Shown: positions 51,150 through 63,440 of the stretch, piece by piece
How the letters are laid out: the number at the start of each line of letters is the position of its first letter
How positions within the stretch are numbered: position 1 is the first letter of the stretch
Assembly: GCA_051294375.1 (NCBI GenBank)
Contig: CM119268.1
Span: 19,120,323-19,184,322 of the forward strand
Reading direction: 5' to 3'
Length of the DNA: 64,000 bases
From: Paraspadella gotoi
Lineage: Eukaryota > Animalia > Chaetognatha
Made by a program: the position numbers and the translations under genes
Notes under the pieces: generated by a model
Told to the model about the DNA's origin: nothing
Seen by the model: only the letters and a program-made list of their open reading frames with translations
Databases searched by the model: none

Positions 51150-54100
51150 TCAAACGTCGTCTCTACACTGAAGCACCATCTTGCGAAACCGCGAGGCGTG
51201 AGCGGACGACGGTCGCGCCTCAGCGCCGATCGGCGGCGTCGGCGGCGGCGTCGGCGCCAGTAGAGCGTCCAGACCGGCGTCCGTCACCGGTTCTCCGCCA
51301 TTCGCAGAAGCGACGCCACCGACGGCGCCGGCGCCTTGTTTAACCCGAACCTTGAGAGCTTCCACGGTGACGAGTTTGTGGGCGAAAGATAACGCCGATG
51401 CAGATGACGACACCGCCGCAGCCGCCGCGGCTCCCGGCGACGCCGCGTCGTCCTTCAGCGGCGACGAGTCTCTTATTCTCAGCCGATTGGTCGACCCGAA
51501 AGGCTGCCGCGCCGCCGGGCCTCGTTCTGGCGTCGTGCCAACGACTTCGACGGGATGAACGGCGCGCAATGGCTTCGCGGTGTCGTTGGCGCCGCTTTTG
51601 ACGCTCGACGACGCCGGTCGCGATTTGGGTCTCGTCGAGGAAGGTGGGCGTGGCAGGAAAGGTGAAGAGGCGATGGAAGAGGTGGAGGCGTCGACGGAGG
51701 AGTTGGGGATGTTGGAGGAATTGGAGGAGGAAGAGGATGTGTGAGTTGATTTGGACGGAAGTGTTGATGAGACGGTGAGGAAAGGACGAGCTGAGGGTTT
51801 ATCGCTGAGAAGTGTGGGGGAGAGGAGAAGGGAGAAGAGAGTCAGGAATTACGATTGTCGTTTTAAATGGCTTCGTGGCCTTTTGTTTGTTTTTTTGTTT
51901 GTTTGTTTGTTTTTCATGCTAAACTCAATAGACTTTTAAAACTCCTGCGATTAAATTATTCATTATTATTAATTTATGAATGTGCAATCTTGCAAATTTA
52001 TGTCTTTTTAAGTCACATGGGTAGGTGAAAACATTGGTTGTTTACCCGTTCCTTTTTATTTTTCGCCGGCTACTATAAAGGGCTATAAAAGCCAATACAC
52101 TACTCTAAATCACTCTTGTCTTTCTCTTACGTATTTTTAGTTTATTATTATTGTTTGAGATTAATTAATGTAGTCGGGCATTGCCTAGGTTCACCCCGCC
52201 TAGAATCATGTTGTGACCCGGTGGCTCATTGAATAAAGCCATCAGCTCATGACCACTAGGTACCGGGTTCAATCCCAACCCGGTACCAACCCTGCGGGAA
52301 GCGTGAGGACGGCCGTAAGCCGCTTTGGGGGCATGGCAAACCCTCAAGCCTGGTTCCAAGCCCAGGAACCCGTTCCATGGCTGCTAGAGGGGGTTATAGA
52401 AGTTACGGATAGTCATCTTCAGCCCATGTAGCGCCTTATCCACATTAACGATGAACGAATAAGATTAGGAGTTGACTTAAAAATTAAACTTATTAAATAA
52501 TTTTATATTGGTTGTACCAATTTCATAATAATATTAATAAGATATAAGATCGAGAAAACGCAACTTACCTTCCGTTTCCGAACGAAGTCTGTCGCTTCAT
52601 CATAAACCCGGCGCCGCCCTCTCCTCCGAAGGCGTCGCCGGCGCCTTGCTCCAGCAGCTGTCGCTCCAGTTTGGTCCGCTGCTCCTTGAGATCAGTGAGG
52701 GTGGGTTCGTCGGCGACTCCAGCAGCCGAATCGGAGCGGAAGTCGGATTCCGACTCGAGACAAGACTGTTTGGATGTGAGTGGGTGGAGGAGCAGGATTG
52801 GAGGAGAAGGAGTGGAGGAGTGAGTGGGTGAGGAGGGTGAGAGAGTGGAGAGAGGAGGGGGTAAGGAGTGGAGGAGCAGGAGTGGAAGAGTGATTGGGTG
52901 AGGAGTGAGGGAGTGAGGAGTGGAGTCAAGGGAGTAGGTGTGAGGAGTGGAGGGAAGAAGAGTGGTGAGGAGGAGTTTGAGAGTGGAGGAGCAGGAATGG
53001 GTGAGGAGGGGGTGAGAAAAGACAGGGAGTTTAAAACAGAGTTAATACTTAATTTATTGAAATAAAAAATAGAAAGTAAGAAAAAAAGGGAGAGAGGAAA
53101 TCGAGAAAAATACTTTATACATAGTTGTTATACTTGTTTTCATTAACGAATAAAATTTGAAAATAAACTTACAAAAAATTTATTAGCAGTCAATTTTTTC
53201 AAGTTCTATACACAAAATTTAAAGTTTCACATAACTTCACCATTTGTGCATCATTATAACTTTCAAACCGTTCGGCACTATTTTCTGAAAGGCGCAATTC
53301 CGGTTTCTTAATAAACTTAATTTTTATTTTATTATCTAATACTAATACTTAACAATATCCTCTAATCTTAAACCCAATCATATTCCATACCATAACAATT
53401 ATCCTAACTTAATTTCCATTTTAAGCTTAAACGGGGCGCTTTCGGGAAAATTACGGCGCCGATCTGTTCAAAACCTGCAAAAAATCGATATTCTTTGTAG
53501 AGATTTTTCGCCTCCGCTTCCAACGCGGATCTCAATCGATCATGATCTCGACGTAACCCGCCGTCGTCCGTCATTGTCATCGGTGTCGGCGTCATTTTTG
53601 TCGCCGAACGCCATCGTCGCCCGATCCGGCGCCGAGAGTCCGACGTCATTTTTTACGGGGGCGTCAGCGGCGGCGTCGTCGGCGCCGATCTCGCACGGCG
53701 CTCTCGACCGTCGCGTCCGCTGGACCGGTAGATGGACGGCGTTGTCTTGGCTTGGAGGTAGGAAGGAGGAGGAGGAAGAGGAGCCGGAGGTGGATCGTCG
53801 AGCGCGTAGCGGGAGAACGTGCTTCGTCTGACGCGAGCGGAGGATCTGGGGAAGGGAGGGAGGGAGGTAGGAGAGGAGGAAGAAAGAAGAAGAGGGGGAG
53901 GAAAGTGTGGAGAAAGAGAATGAAGGAAGGCGGGTGTGAAAAGTTGAAGAAGGAAGAAGGAAGAGAAAAGAAGACGAAAACGTAAGTTGAATAACTCGAA
54001 AATCATGATATTTTGGCGAATCGAATGATCACGAGTCACTGTGAAAATCGACAGTCGTCGTTTTCATCATGTCGTCGTCGTCGTCGACTGCCTACTCCTT

Positions 54101-55742
54101 CCTCAATATTTTATATAAATGAAATATAAGGAATTAGAAGGCAGTCGATGTGGAGGACTGTGGCTTTTACAATTTATGGGACTCGCCGGTCATTTGAGTC
54201 CCCAAAGAATCTACAATAATCAGCCTTCAACTTCCTCAAAAGCTTTCCTTCTCTCCCATTTCCCCAACTGTATCCCTTCCTTTTCAGCCTTGGATTGCCT
54301 GCCTTACCTTACTAATAATAACCTTACCTTTTTTATCACCCTTTTCCCTCTCCTTATTTGCCTTACCTGCTCCAACTGCCGCCCTTCCTTCTCAGCCTTG
54401 GATTGCAACGCCTCAACGTAAAACTGAATCTCCTTCTTGAGTCTGAATCTGACTTCGGCGGCTCCGGCAGCGGCCGCCCCGTCGTCGGCAGGAGTCAGCA
54501 GCAGCCGTGTCTCCTCGCGAAACTCGCGCAAATCTCCAAGAGGTTGTCACCTTGAGAAGTAGATTCGATTGGTTGGTTGGTTGGTTGATTGGTTGGTTAA
54601 ATGATTTGATTGTTTGTTTGTCCGATTCATTGATTGATTTTTTCTTTAACCACTTTGCCTTCCGAGACGTTTGAATTAATGCAAAATGTATGTTTGTTTT
54701 TTTTATATAGAGATCTTGTAATGTTTTTCTCGATTAAAAAGAAAATATGGATGACCTTCAGACCCGAGTTTGGTAATTCTTAATTCCCAGCCCCACTCAG
54801 TTTGGCTCTCATAGTTACGCTATTGTTTATATTCGTTTCATTTCTCCAACCCGAGTGAGTGCGTGAAAAATGTTATAATTGGATTTCGCAAAATTCTGAA
54901 ACTCTACGAAATAAAAAAAATTATCTTCCACGAATGACCATGAAGGAATTCGTCGTCTCTAAATGTTGCGGATCAACTTTCGATCCCTACTCGACGTCTC
55001 CCTTAACTGCAAATTCTGCGGCAGAGAAAAGATGCATTTCATTTGCAACGATTGCACGAATCTTTTGCGGAAACCAATCGGGAAATACGCAACGAAATCG
55101 CTGCCATGGAGAAAGTCATTTCCAAGTTGGAAAGTAAGGGATATGGAAATGGCGGTGGCAGCGGCGATGGCGGCAGCGGTGTCGGCGGCGGCGATGGCGG
55201 CAGCGGCGGTGTCGGCAGCGGCGGTGGCGGACTGACGGCGTTTTGATAACTAATTTGATATGAGCCAAAAATCCTATCGTTTGTCACAATAAATTTTCAA
55301 AAAGAAGACGACTTTTTCCGAACAGTTCTCCCATCTGCGATCGTGATTTACAAACCAAACACAATATAAGTCATTTCAAACAATTTATCCCAGGTATGTC
55401 TACAAAATCAGACTAGTCAATTCTGCAAAAGCTAGCTCTCTAATAACATCTCAGGGAGTTAAAGGTCATGTTACAAACAGATATATTGTTTTATAGATAA
55501 ATTGATTTATTGATTTATTGATAGACTGATTGATTGATTGTCTTTTGTCTTCCACATACCTCCGCGTGCAACTCCACCGTCTGATCCACGAGGGATTCCC
55601 CCAAAATCTCCCGCATGTAGATTCTCTCCAACGAAGTCTTCAAGTTCTTCTTCGTCACCGCCCACACGGAGACGGGAGGCTCGTAGGGCGTGGCCCGCGA
55701 CGACGACGAGGACCCGGGGCGAGGGTGCGGAGTGGACGACAT
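51150..55742 (-). CDS. CCDC24: Coiled-coil domain-containing protein 24 homologue; exons 55742-55560, 54550-54367, 53845-53475, 52765-52569, 51804-51150; several 1-bp frameshifts
   Basis: SVWAVTKKNL...REILGESLVDQTVELHAE, LKKEIQFYVEALQSKAEKEGR, LRSALEAE and CLESE...EPTLTDLKEQRTKLERQL parallel the remembered CCDC24 motifs (SLWELVEEH...RILGEAAVDLSLELRAE; EPTLAELKEQ). Junctions are GT-AG. Confidence 0.75.
52169..52444 (+). mobile_element. Family B copy 2 (tRNA-like head about 52215-52287 plus twister)
   Basis: TGTAG...CCACA ends; 4-bp TSD TTAA at 52165-52168 and 52445-52448. A-box-like TGGCTCATTGAA and B-box GGTTCAATCCC. Confidence 0.85.
52294..52373 (+). ncRNA. Twister ribozyme, type P5; predicted cleavage between 52316 and 52317
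   Basis: GCGGG-AA-GCGU-GAGGA-CGGCCG-U^AA-GCC-GCU-UUGGGGG(...)CCCUCAA-GCCUGG-UUCCAAGC-CCAGG-AA-CCCGU. Pseudoknots T1 (UCC:GGA) and T2 (GCU:AGC) can both form. Confidence 0.85.
54934..55246 (+). CDS. Possible small Cys-rich/coiled-coil ORF nested antisense in CCDC24 intron 1; requires two frameshifts
   Basis: Joining three overlapping ORFs gives MTMKEFVVSKCCGSTFDPYSTSP-LNCKFCGREKMHFICNDCTNL-FAETNREIRNEIAAMEKVISKLESKGYGNGGG. Confidence 0.4.
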
Positions 55743-55835
55743 GTTCGCGGGGTGAGTTGGCGTGATCTTTTGAAGGAGACGTCACGAAATGTGGAAGGGC
55801 GTGAAAATCATCGCGAAGAAAAGGAAGAGAAGGAA

Positions 55836-55877
<42 letters not shown>

Positions 55878-56504
55878 AGAAGACTAACGATTATTTTCAA
55901 AAATTGATATTCATCATTTCTTATTCAAAATTGAACATACAATTTATTAATTTGTTAGTTTTTGAAGAATTTGCGGTAAGCGATCTAGAAAAGAGAAAAA
56001 TCTTTTACTGTCATTGAAAGAGTCGGGGTAACATCGGGAAAACAACGAGCTACAATGCAAGTCTCCTCACAAGACTTGACTTTCGATTAACAACACATGT
56101 ATGAAATATAAGCAAAACAATTACCAAGAGTTCAATCATCCATCACTTGCAATTGATAAAACGATTCAATAATATCCAATTTACACGTATTTAACTATAA
56201 AAATGCGACTTATTATAGAGTAGCTCCACGAGGACAGACCGCGAAAAAATATAAGCCTACAGATGAGCGACTTAAAAAAATATTGGGAAAACGAAAGTTC
56301 AAATTATAAAGAAATTAAAATTGGTTAGAGTTGAAGTTTGTTGTTGTCGTTGTCGTCGTCTTTAAAGCAATCGTCCTTCAATTTATCGATGTTCTCACTT
56401 CTCACCTTCCCTTACTCCTCCTACTCCTTCTCCCTTCCTTTCCTCCTCCTCCTCTTTCTCCTCCGATTTCCACCTCCCCCATTTTTCACACCTCCCACAC
56501 GCAA

Positions 56505-56859
56505 GGGCAGCAGGTGACGGGCTCGTAGCACACCCCCGCCCTCTCTCTCGGATCGTAGACGCTGCCTGGCCTGAGTCGGTTCATGACCCAAAACGGAGCC
56601 AAGAGGAGGAAGAGGAAGAGGCAAAGGCCGGAGACGATGGAAGACCCGACGGAGAACCAATAGAGTTCAGGGGAGTAGCTGATCGGAGGGTTAGGGATGG
56701 CGGATATGGACCAATTAATTAATTAATTAATTTCATTTATTTATTTATTTATTATTATTTATTTATGTATTTTATTTATTTATTTTTTATTTATTATTTA
56801 TTATTTATTTATTTATTTATTTATTATTTATTTATTTATTATTTATTTATTTATTATTT

Positions 56860-56891
<32 letters not shown>

Positions 56892-57435
56892 TTATTATTT
56901 TATTTATTTATTTATTTATTTATTTATTATATTATTTTTATTATTATTTATTTGTTTATTATTTATCTATATGTTAGGAGGGCGTTATTGAAGTTACGGA
57001 CAGTCATCTTCAGCCCAGGAAGCGCCTTATCCACAGGCTTGAATTTATTATCCAGAAAGGTTTCCTTTTGAAGCCAACAAATACCAAATCTAAGCGGTAC
57101 CAATATTGCTCAAACTTATATATACATTTAAAAATTAACCCCCTCCTCCTCCTCCCTTTGCTCCCTCCTTTCTCACAGTCGACAAGAGGCGGCCTTGAAG
57201 GTTTGCAGCAAGAGCAAGATGCTGAAGACAAAGTCGACGACGCCGAAGACGACGAAGAGAAGTTTGAGGATGCGGACGACGGGATCGAGGAGGGAGAAGA
57301 GGAGGGAGAAGGCGAAGGAGAAGAAGGTGAGAGAGATGGAGGCGACGAGGAGATTGAAGAGACCCTGGAGGAAGATGAGGTGGGACGAGAGGGAAGCTTA
57401 AATTCCATGTCTTTATTTATTCTTTTATTTTTTCA

Positions 57436-57468
<33 letters not shown>

Positions 57469-57474
57469 TCATTA

Positions 57475-57509
<35 letters not shown>

Positions 57510-57514
57510 TATTA

Positions 57515-57583
<69 letters not shown>

Positions 57584-57965
57584 TTCATATTATTTCAACT
57601 CATTAATTCATTCATATTCATTCATTCATTCATTCATTCATTTATTCTTTCATTTATTTATTCAATCACTCATTCATTTATACTTCCCTTCATTTATTCA
57701 TTCGTTAATTCATTCATTCATTCATTCATTTATTCCTACATTCATTTATTCCTTCATTTCCTCACCGCTTCGCAGTATCTGATGGATCGACGGTGAAGGA
57801 GAACGACGAATTGCGCGGGAAAGAGAGCGACGCTGAAGACGACGACGACGACGCGAACTCTGACTCGATCGTTACGCGGGAAAAGGCGGGTCAGGTGGTA
57901 GCAAAAGTGTGGCCAGAGGTAGCGCCACATTCTAAGTTATTGTTGATATTGATTATTATTACCTG
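56505..57965 (+). CDS. Probable exons (about 56505-56690, 57179-57379, 57776-57965) of an acidic low-complexity protein, divergent from CCDC24
   Basis: GC-rich blocks with pyrimidine-tract/AG acceptors and E/D-rich open frames, separated by AT-rich introns. Phases were not fully reconciled. Confidence 0.4.
56972..57035 (+). mobile_element. 3' fragment of a family B element
   Basis: gaagttacggacagtcatcttcagccc...gcgccttatccaca matches the tail of 52169-52444. Confidence 0.75.
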
Positions 57966-58767
57966 ATGGAGTTTTTTTTAGTTTTAATGATTTGTAACCT
58001 TTTTTTATTACGTTTATTACGTTTTATACGTTCAAGCTGCGAAATTTATAGGCTTTTTATATATTTTTATATATTCGTGCCATAATTTAAGTTACATTAA
58101 TACTTGAAACTCAATATATGTCGATGTAAAAAATATTTCAAGGTTCCTTTATGGCATGAGACCCAAAATTATATCAATTAAATGTTTTTTTTGGCTCCCA
58201 GATTGGTTTCCAGGGAAAACTCTGACGTCAGAGTTTGTCGCCCGAATTTCTTCGCTGATCTTTTGTTTAAATTGTCATCTTGAACCAAAAAAAAAGTTTA
58301 AATGTTTGTCGCGAATGGCGTCGCAGTCAGATAAAAAAAACATATGATAAGTTTATATATAGATTCATGTTCTGCTACATTGTCTGCCCGGTGTATTTTT
58401 ATACTGTTGTAAATAAATCTATATTACGATATCAATTAGAATAAAATTAAAATATTGTTAGTAAATTCTTTGATCTCAATCACATCATTGAAAATGTCAA
58501 GATAATAAATCCAGATTTTTTAAAGGACGGTGATAACATTGGGAAATGTATCAGCTGTTAAAGGCGAGAATAATTGAGAATTTCTTTTCTTTAAATTAAA
58601 CATTTTATTAAAAATGTCAGCAGTAACGAAAGTGACATTTACCTTTTAAAAATTCGTGCCCATACGGATTTACAGTATTTTCGTTTTTATCAAGACAATT
58701 TTTCTTTTAATCTAAACACCTCTTTTGCTTTTTTGCATTTTTCCTAATATCAGCTCTAATAATAACC

Positions 58768-60175
58768 ATGGCTTCATTCGGGATGCTCTTTTGTTTCTTG
58801 GCTTTTATTGCAATCAGCGCCTCGTGCGGCGTCGACGAATTCGAGTGTCGTCACTCGAAGAAATGCGTCTCCAGATCGAAAGTCTGCGACTTTTTGACTG
58901 ACTGCTCTTCAGATGGCCATTTGGATTTTTCGGGTCCGAAAAATATTATTTGTAATATCTATCTTAAAAAACTATGTTTACAAATAAATTCAGGCGAACA
59001 TTTAATTTTAAAACTGAAGCGACCGAGAGAAAAAACGAGAATCGAGAAACGAGAATCACTATGCAAATCCTCACGTTTGGGCAACAAGTGTTGCGACGGG
59101 GGCTAGAACCTGATACCCTGTTGATTACATTAAATTACATTACATTAACCTACTGACTACATCAATACGGAACACCTCTTACCCTAAACCCAAACCAATT
59201 TTTAGACGAGTCCGACTGCGCTTCCTGTGGATTCGAGAGTGACACTTGTGGATGGACGGACGCGTCGCGAGGTAACTTCGCCTGGCGTCGAATCCAAACA
59301 AATGATCACTCGGCCAGCGTGATTCCTATCAAGGAGAAAGGTTTCGCCATGGTGCTGACCAGAAAGGTTGGGATTTTGATGAATAAAAAAAAAAATTTAA
59401 AAAGATTAGACCTCATGGTTTATTGATTTAAAATAATCACATGCATACGTTATCTGCAAATATAAACTTACTTCATTATGACAATATTATTTTATATGAA
59501 CATTTTTTTTTCATCCCTCAGCCGGGCACGTTCTTCAGTTCGGCCGTCCTCCGCTCTCCAGAGTTAGGACCGACAGGCAAACCTTGCACGTTGCAATTTC
59601 ACTACAAGAAGCAATCAGTCTGTGGTGGGATGAACAAGGAAGAGTTGCAGGTGGAAAGAAGAACATGGGAATTGTATCGCCGACTTGGTTCCTATGCTTG
59701 AGTGTTTTCAAAAAGATGCCCCTACCTATTATGATTTATTTTATTAAATTTGCAATACTTAAATTACCTGTATTTACGTAGATATTCACGCGAAATATCT
59801 AAATTATTAACTTTTTTTAGAATCTTTAATAAAAATGAATCTTCAATATTTTTTTTTCATATTCTTTAAATCCACCAAAAAAGCGGATGGTATTCAACTT
59901 TTAAAAATTCCTAGGTGTGGACGGTGAGCGGTTCCTCCAAGAAGAAGATCTGGTCCGAGTGCAAAGGAAGCGGCAGCGGGTGGGGTCACGCCATGGTGGG
60001 CGTGCCTCGAGAGGCGCGGGGTTTTCGATTAGAGTTTCGATTGGCGGCGATGAGAGGACCGACGGGACAAGTCGCTTTAGACGACGTGACGATGGGGATG
60101 TGCGGGAAGGACATGCGTGGGTGGATGGGGGGAAGATCACGAGGGCAGTCGAATCTTTATTCTTTAATATTTTAA
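58768..60175 (+). CDS. Secreted LDL-receptor class A plus MAM domain protein; exons 58768-58933, 59206-59366, 59522-59650, 59915-60175
   Basis: Signal peptide; LDLa CGVDEFEC...CVSRSKVCDFLTDC...SDESDC; MAM motifs CGFESDTCGW, LRSP...CTLQFHY, W..A.V and GQVALDDVTM..C. Phases (1,0,0) are consistent. Confidence 0.85.
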
Positions 60176-60215
60176 TAAATCAGTATTACATTTGAAACGG
60201 TAGTTGTATGTATAC

Positions 60216-60827
60216 TAAGGCGTAGTAAAATTCCTAAATTTAACTTTAATTAAAATTCTAAAAGTGAGTAACGATCAATATTATACTAATGAACATTTAT
60301 GTAATAAAAAAATTTATAATAGAATTAACAATTTACGTAGTAGGCCATATTTATACTAGTACTAAACCAATAAATGTTAAAATTTTAAAACAGTTTTTTC
60401 TAAATTTTTTTTGCAGATTTGGATTCGTCATAAAAAGTTGATAAAAAGAAATATAACTCTTTTTAAAAAATTCCTTCATTAAGTGGGTCAAAAATTAGAA
60501 AAAGCTATATTTTAAGCTGGAAATTAATTTTTTATTTATTAAATATAGTTTTTTTTATTTTTAAGCCACTTAATGAAAGAATTTATAAAAATGATTTATA
60601 TTTTCTTTTATCTACTTTTAACGAGGATTTCAAATCTGCAATCAAAATTAAAAAAAACCTATTTTGAAATTTTTCTTTTTTATAAGGATAGTACTATGTA
60701 TAAATATAGCCTACAGCGAAAATTAAAAAACATAAAATTAATTTTTTTTACAAATTAATGTTCACTGATGGTATGTTGTTCATAATTAACTTTTAAAATT
60801 TTCGTATGTAACTTTCACTACGCCTTA
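60216..60827 (-). mobile_element. Non-autonomous hAT-type element, inverted copy of 5962-6583
   Basis: TIR TAAGGCGTAGT...ACTACGCCTTA with a perfect 8-bp TSD ATGTATAC (60208-60215 and 60828-60835). Confidence 0.9.
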
Positions 60828-61980
60828 ATGTATACATATTGAATTTGAAATCTACAAGTTTTCCTCAAATTTAGTACGTAAAAATACATGAATAACTTTA
60901 TTATTTCTTCTTTTTTTTGCCAAAGAATTTCTTTAGGAAGCGATTGTCTTTTGTTGATTTCTTTTGATTTTCAACACAAGGGAAATTATTTTGTGAAGGT
61001 ACGACATAAGGTGTTTAAAAAAAATTACTTATTAAATTTTAAAATTAACAAGCTGATAGTTTAACTAAAGATTTTTTAAAACTAAACATTTTAATGATAC
61101 ATTTTTTTACAAATAATTTCACTTAGCAAAATATTTTCATGATAAGTGGCGAGAGCAAAAAGAGCAACTGTTTATCTCGAAATGACGTCATTCTGTAAGC
61201 TGTCTGTTTTGAACAATTCAAATTTTTTACAGTTAAAACTTAAATAGTTCGAGTTTTTCTGTTTCGTGTTAAAAAAAAACAGAGGCCTTACATTAATACA
61301 TTTACATTATCACAAAAATTTATATTTATTCAGGGGTAAATTTTGAAAGGATACAATAGTAAGGCGCTTAATAATTATAATTATTATTAATCGTAAATTC
61401 GACTCCCAATGATGACGATAAAACATAATCAGCAAAAAATTCATGGAACCAAATTGAGACACTAAAATATCTCGACAAATTTAAATCGAGGCCAAAGACA
61501 GAATTCACAATAATATAAAACTAATTACGAGGTAAAAAACAATTGGTTAATACAATAATTTGTTCATTTTTAACGAACGTTTCCCGTTATAGCGATAAAA
61601 AAAATAATTATTTCGTGAATCGGAAAAAAAAAACAAAATGAAGGAAAAAACTGGTCCTCGTTTAGACCGAGTGTTGATGACACGAACAAATTTAACCATT
61701 ACCCTTGAAACTGCAGCTACGAATCAGTTATAAATTCGCTACAAATTAACTGACAAATCAAAATGTGAAGCATCACGACGACACCGACGCGCATCTTGTG
61801 AATAATCTCTCTCTCCCTACACTTAAAATCCTCTACTCGCGGTTTTCGACGGGTTTCGTTGCCAGACTGACAACAACAAAAACAACAGATCAACAACGAC
61901 GACAAATCATGTAACCTTCACGGCGCCCACATACTTCACACCCCCCCTTCGACCCACTCCCCCTCGATCCCCCGATCACA

Positions 61981-62173
61981 ATGTCCATGATCAACAACTT
62001 CTTCGGCGCCGCCGATTCCTCGGCGTCGCGGTCGAGCACCCCTGGAACGCCACCTTCTCGTTCCAGCGCCCCTAGCTCGCCGGCACCACGGGCCGGGGCT
62101 CCGGCGTCGTCATCACCGGCGTCGAATCACGACGAAGGCGCCGTCGTTCGTGATGCCGTCGAATTCATCAAGG
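61981..62173 (+). CDS. Probable first coding exon of an unidentified gene with a Ser/Pro-rich N-terminus
   Basis: ACAATG start, GC-rich open frame MSMINNFFGA...DAVEFIK and a strong donor G|GTGAGT at 62174. Confidence 0.55.
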
Positions 62174-62561
62174 GTGAGTCTGGGTTTAGGTTTCGCGGTT
62201 TGAGTTGTAGTCGTCGGAGTCTTGTAAACAAAAACAAAAGAAAAACAAAAAAACATTTAGTGCCACACAGACATGATATGTTTTGCTAAAAAGAGGCAAT
62301 TTAAAAAAACGCTAAATGTTTGATATATTTTGCCGAGATTCATTTAAATATAATATTTTATTCTTTAAAAGTCATCGCAATTACCGATATTAAGATTTAA
62401 TAAAAGATAACAAATGAATGTACATTTAATTTTTTCTTTCGAAAAATTGGTACCTGTCCTCCCTGTACTATAATTGTAACACCAAAAACCTTTGCTGCGA
62501 TTGACTAAGATTGAAAAAGACTGACAGAATGACAAATTTCTGAATAGACACGCAAACGTAA

Positions 62562-63006
62562 CTAATCGACCAAAAAAAATTGACTTACTTCGTGGTGAGC
62601 CCGTCTCCACTGCCGCGCGTCTTTTCTCACCAGAAGCCAATCCACTTCCGTCAAGACCTCACCAACTTTTCCCTCGATTCTAACGATTCTCCCTCCACCG
62701 CTCTTTGTTGCCACGCCCACTTTTGAGCTTCGATCGCTTCTTTCCACGTCGCCAACCCTCGCTCCTACACCTCCCGCCCAAACCGCCATCCTGTCCAACG
62801 CCGTGGGTCCGATGTTGACCATAGCCAAGGGCTTCCCCGCCTCCAAGGCCGACTCGACGATCCTCTTGGCTCCGGGGATTTCGAGACTCGTGCCGAGGAC
62901 GAGGAGCCCCTTGCAATTCTCCATGGATCTCTTGACGCAGCTCTTGGTGCGCGGGGAAATGTCCTCGCCGAACATGACGATGTCGGGTTTCATGTTTCCG
63001 CCGCAG
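62562..63006 (-). CDS. C-terminal exon of a class II (SIRT4-like) sirtuin
   Basis: CGGNMKPDIVMFGE, LLVLGTSL and KPLAMVNIGPT..D are sirtuin motifs, and NIGPT is typical of SIRT4. Acceptor CAG at 63009-63007. The exon ends at stop 62562 or at a GTAAGT donor near 62588. Confidence 0.85.
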
Positions 63007-63380
63007 CTGCCAGGGGCAAACATTTAACTAGTTGCTTGATTGGTTGATTGATTGATTGATTGATTGAATGATAGAATAATTGGTTGGTTGATTTGCTTTT
63101 TTTATTTGTTGTTTTGTGTGTCATATATAGTTTGGTTATATTGGTTGTACCAATTTCATAGTAAGATTGGTTGTTTGGTTGTTGTATAATAAGACGATTC
63201 ATTGCTTTAATGTCATCACATGCACTAGTAGAATGCTTAATTAAATTCTTATTTTCACTATGGAATAACAGTGCATAAGAAACAAAAATATTTTTAATTT
63301 GTTTGCCATATATTTCGACTTAATTTCTAAGTCATCATCAGTAATCATCATTTGGTCAATTTGACTTTTGACTTACACTC

Positions 63381-63440
<60 letters not shown>

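Noticed and set aside
52405-52425. CUGAAGA on the minus strand of the family B tail as a hammerhead core
   Set aside because: There is no helix II followed by GAAA.
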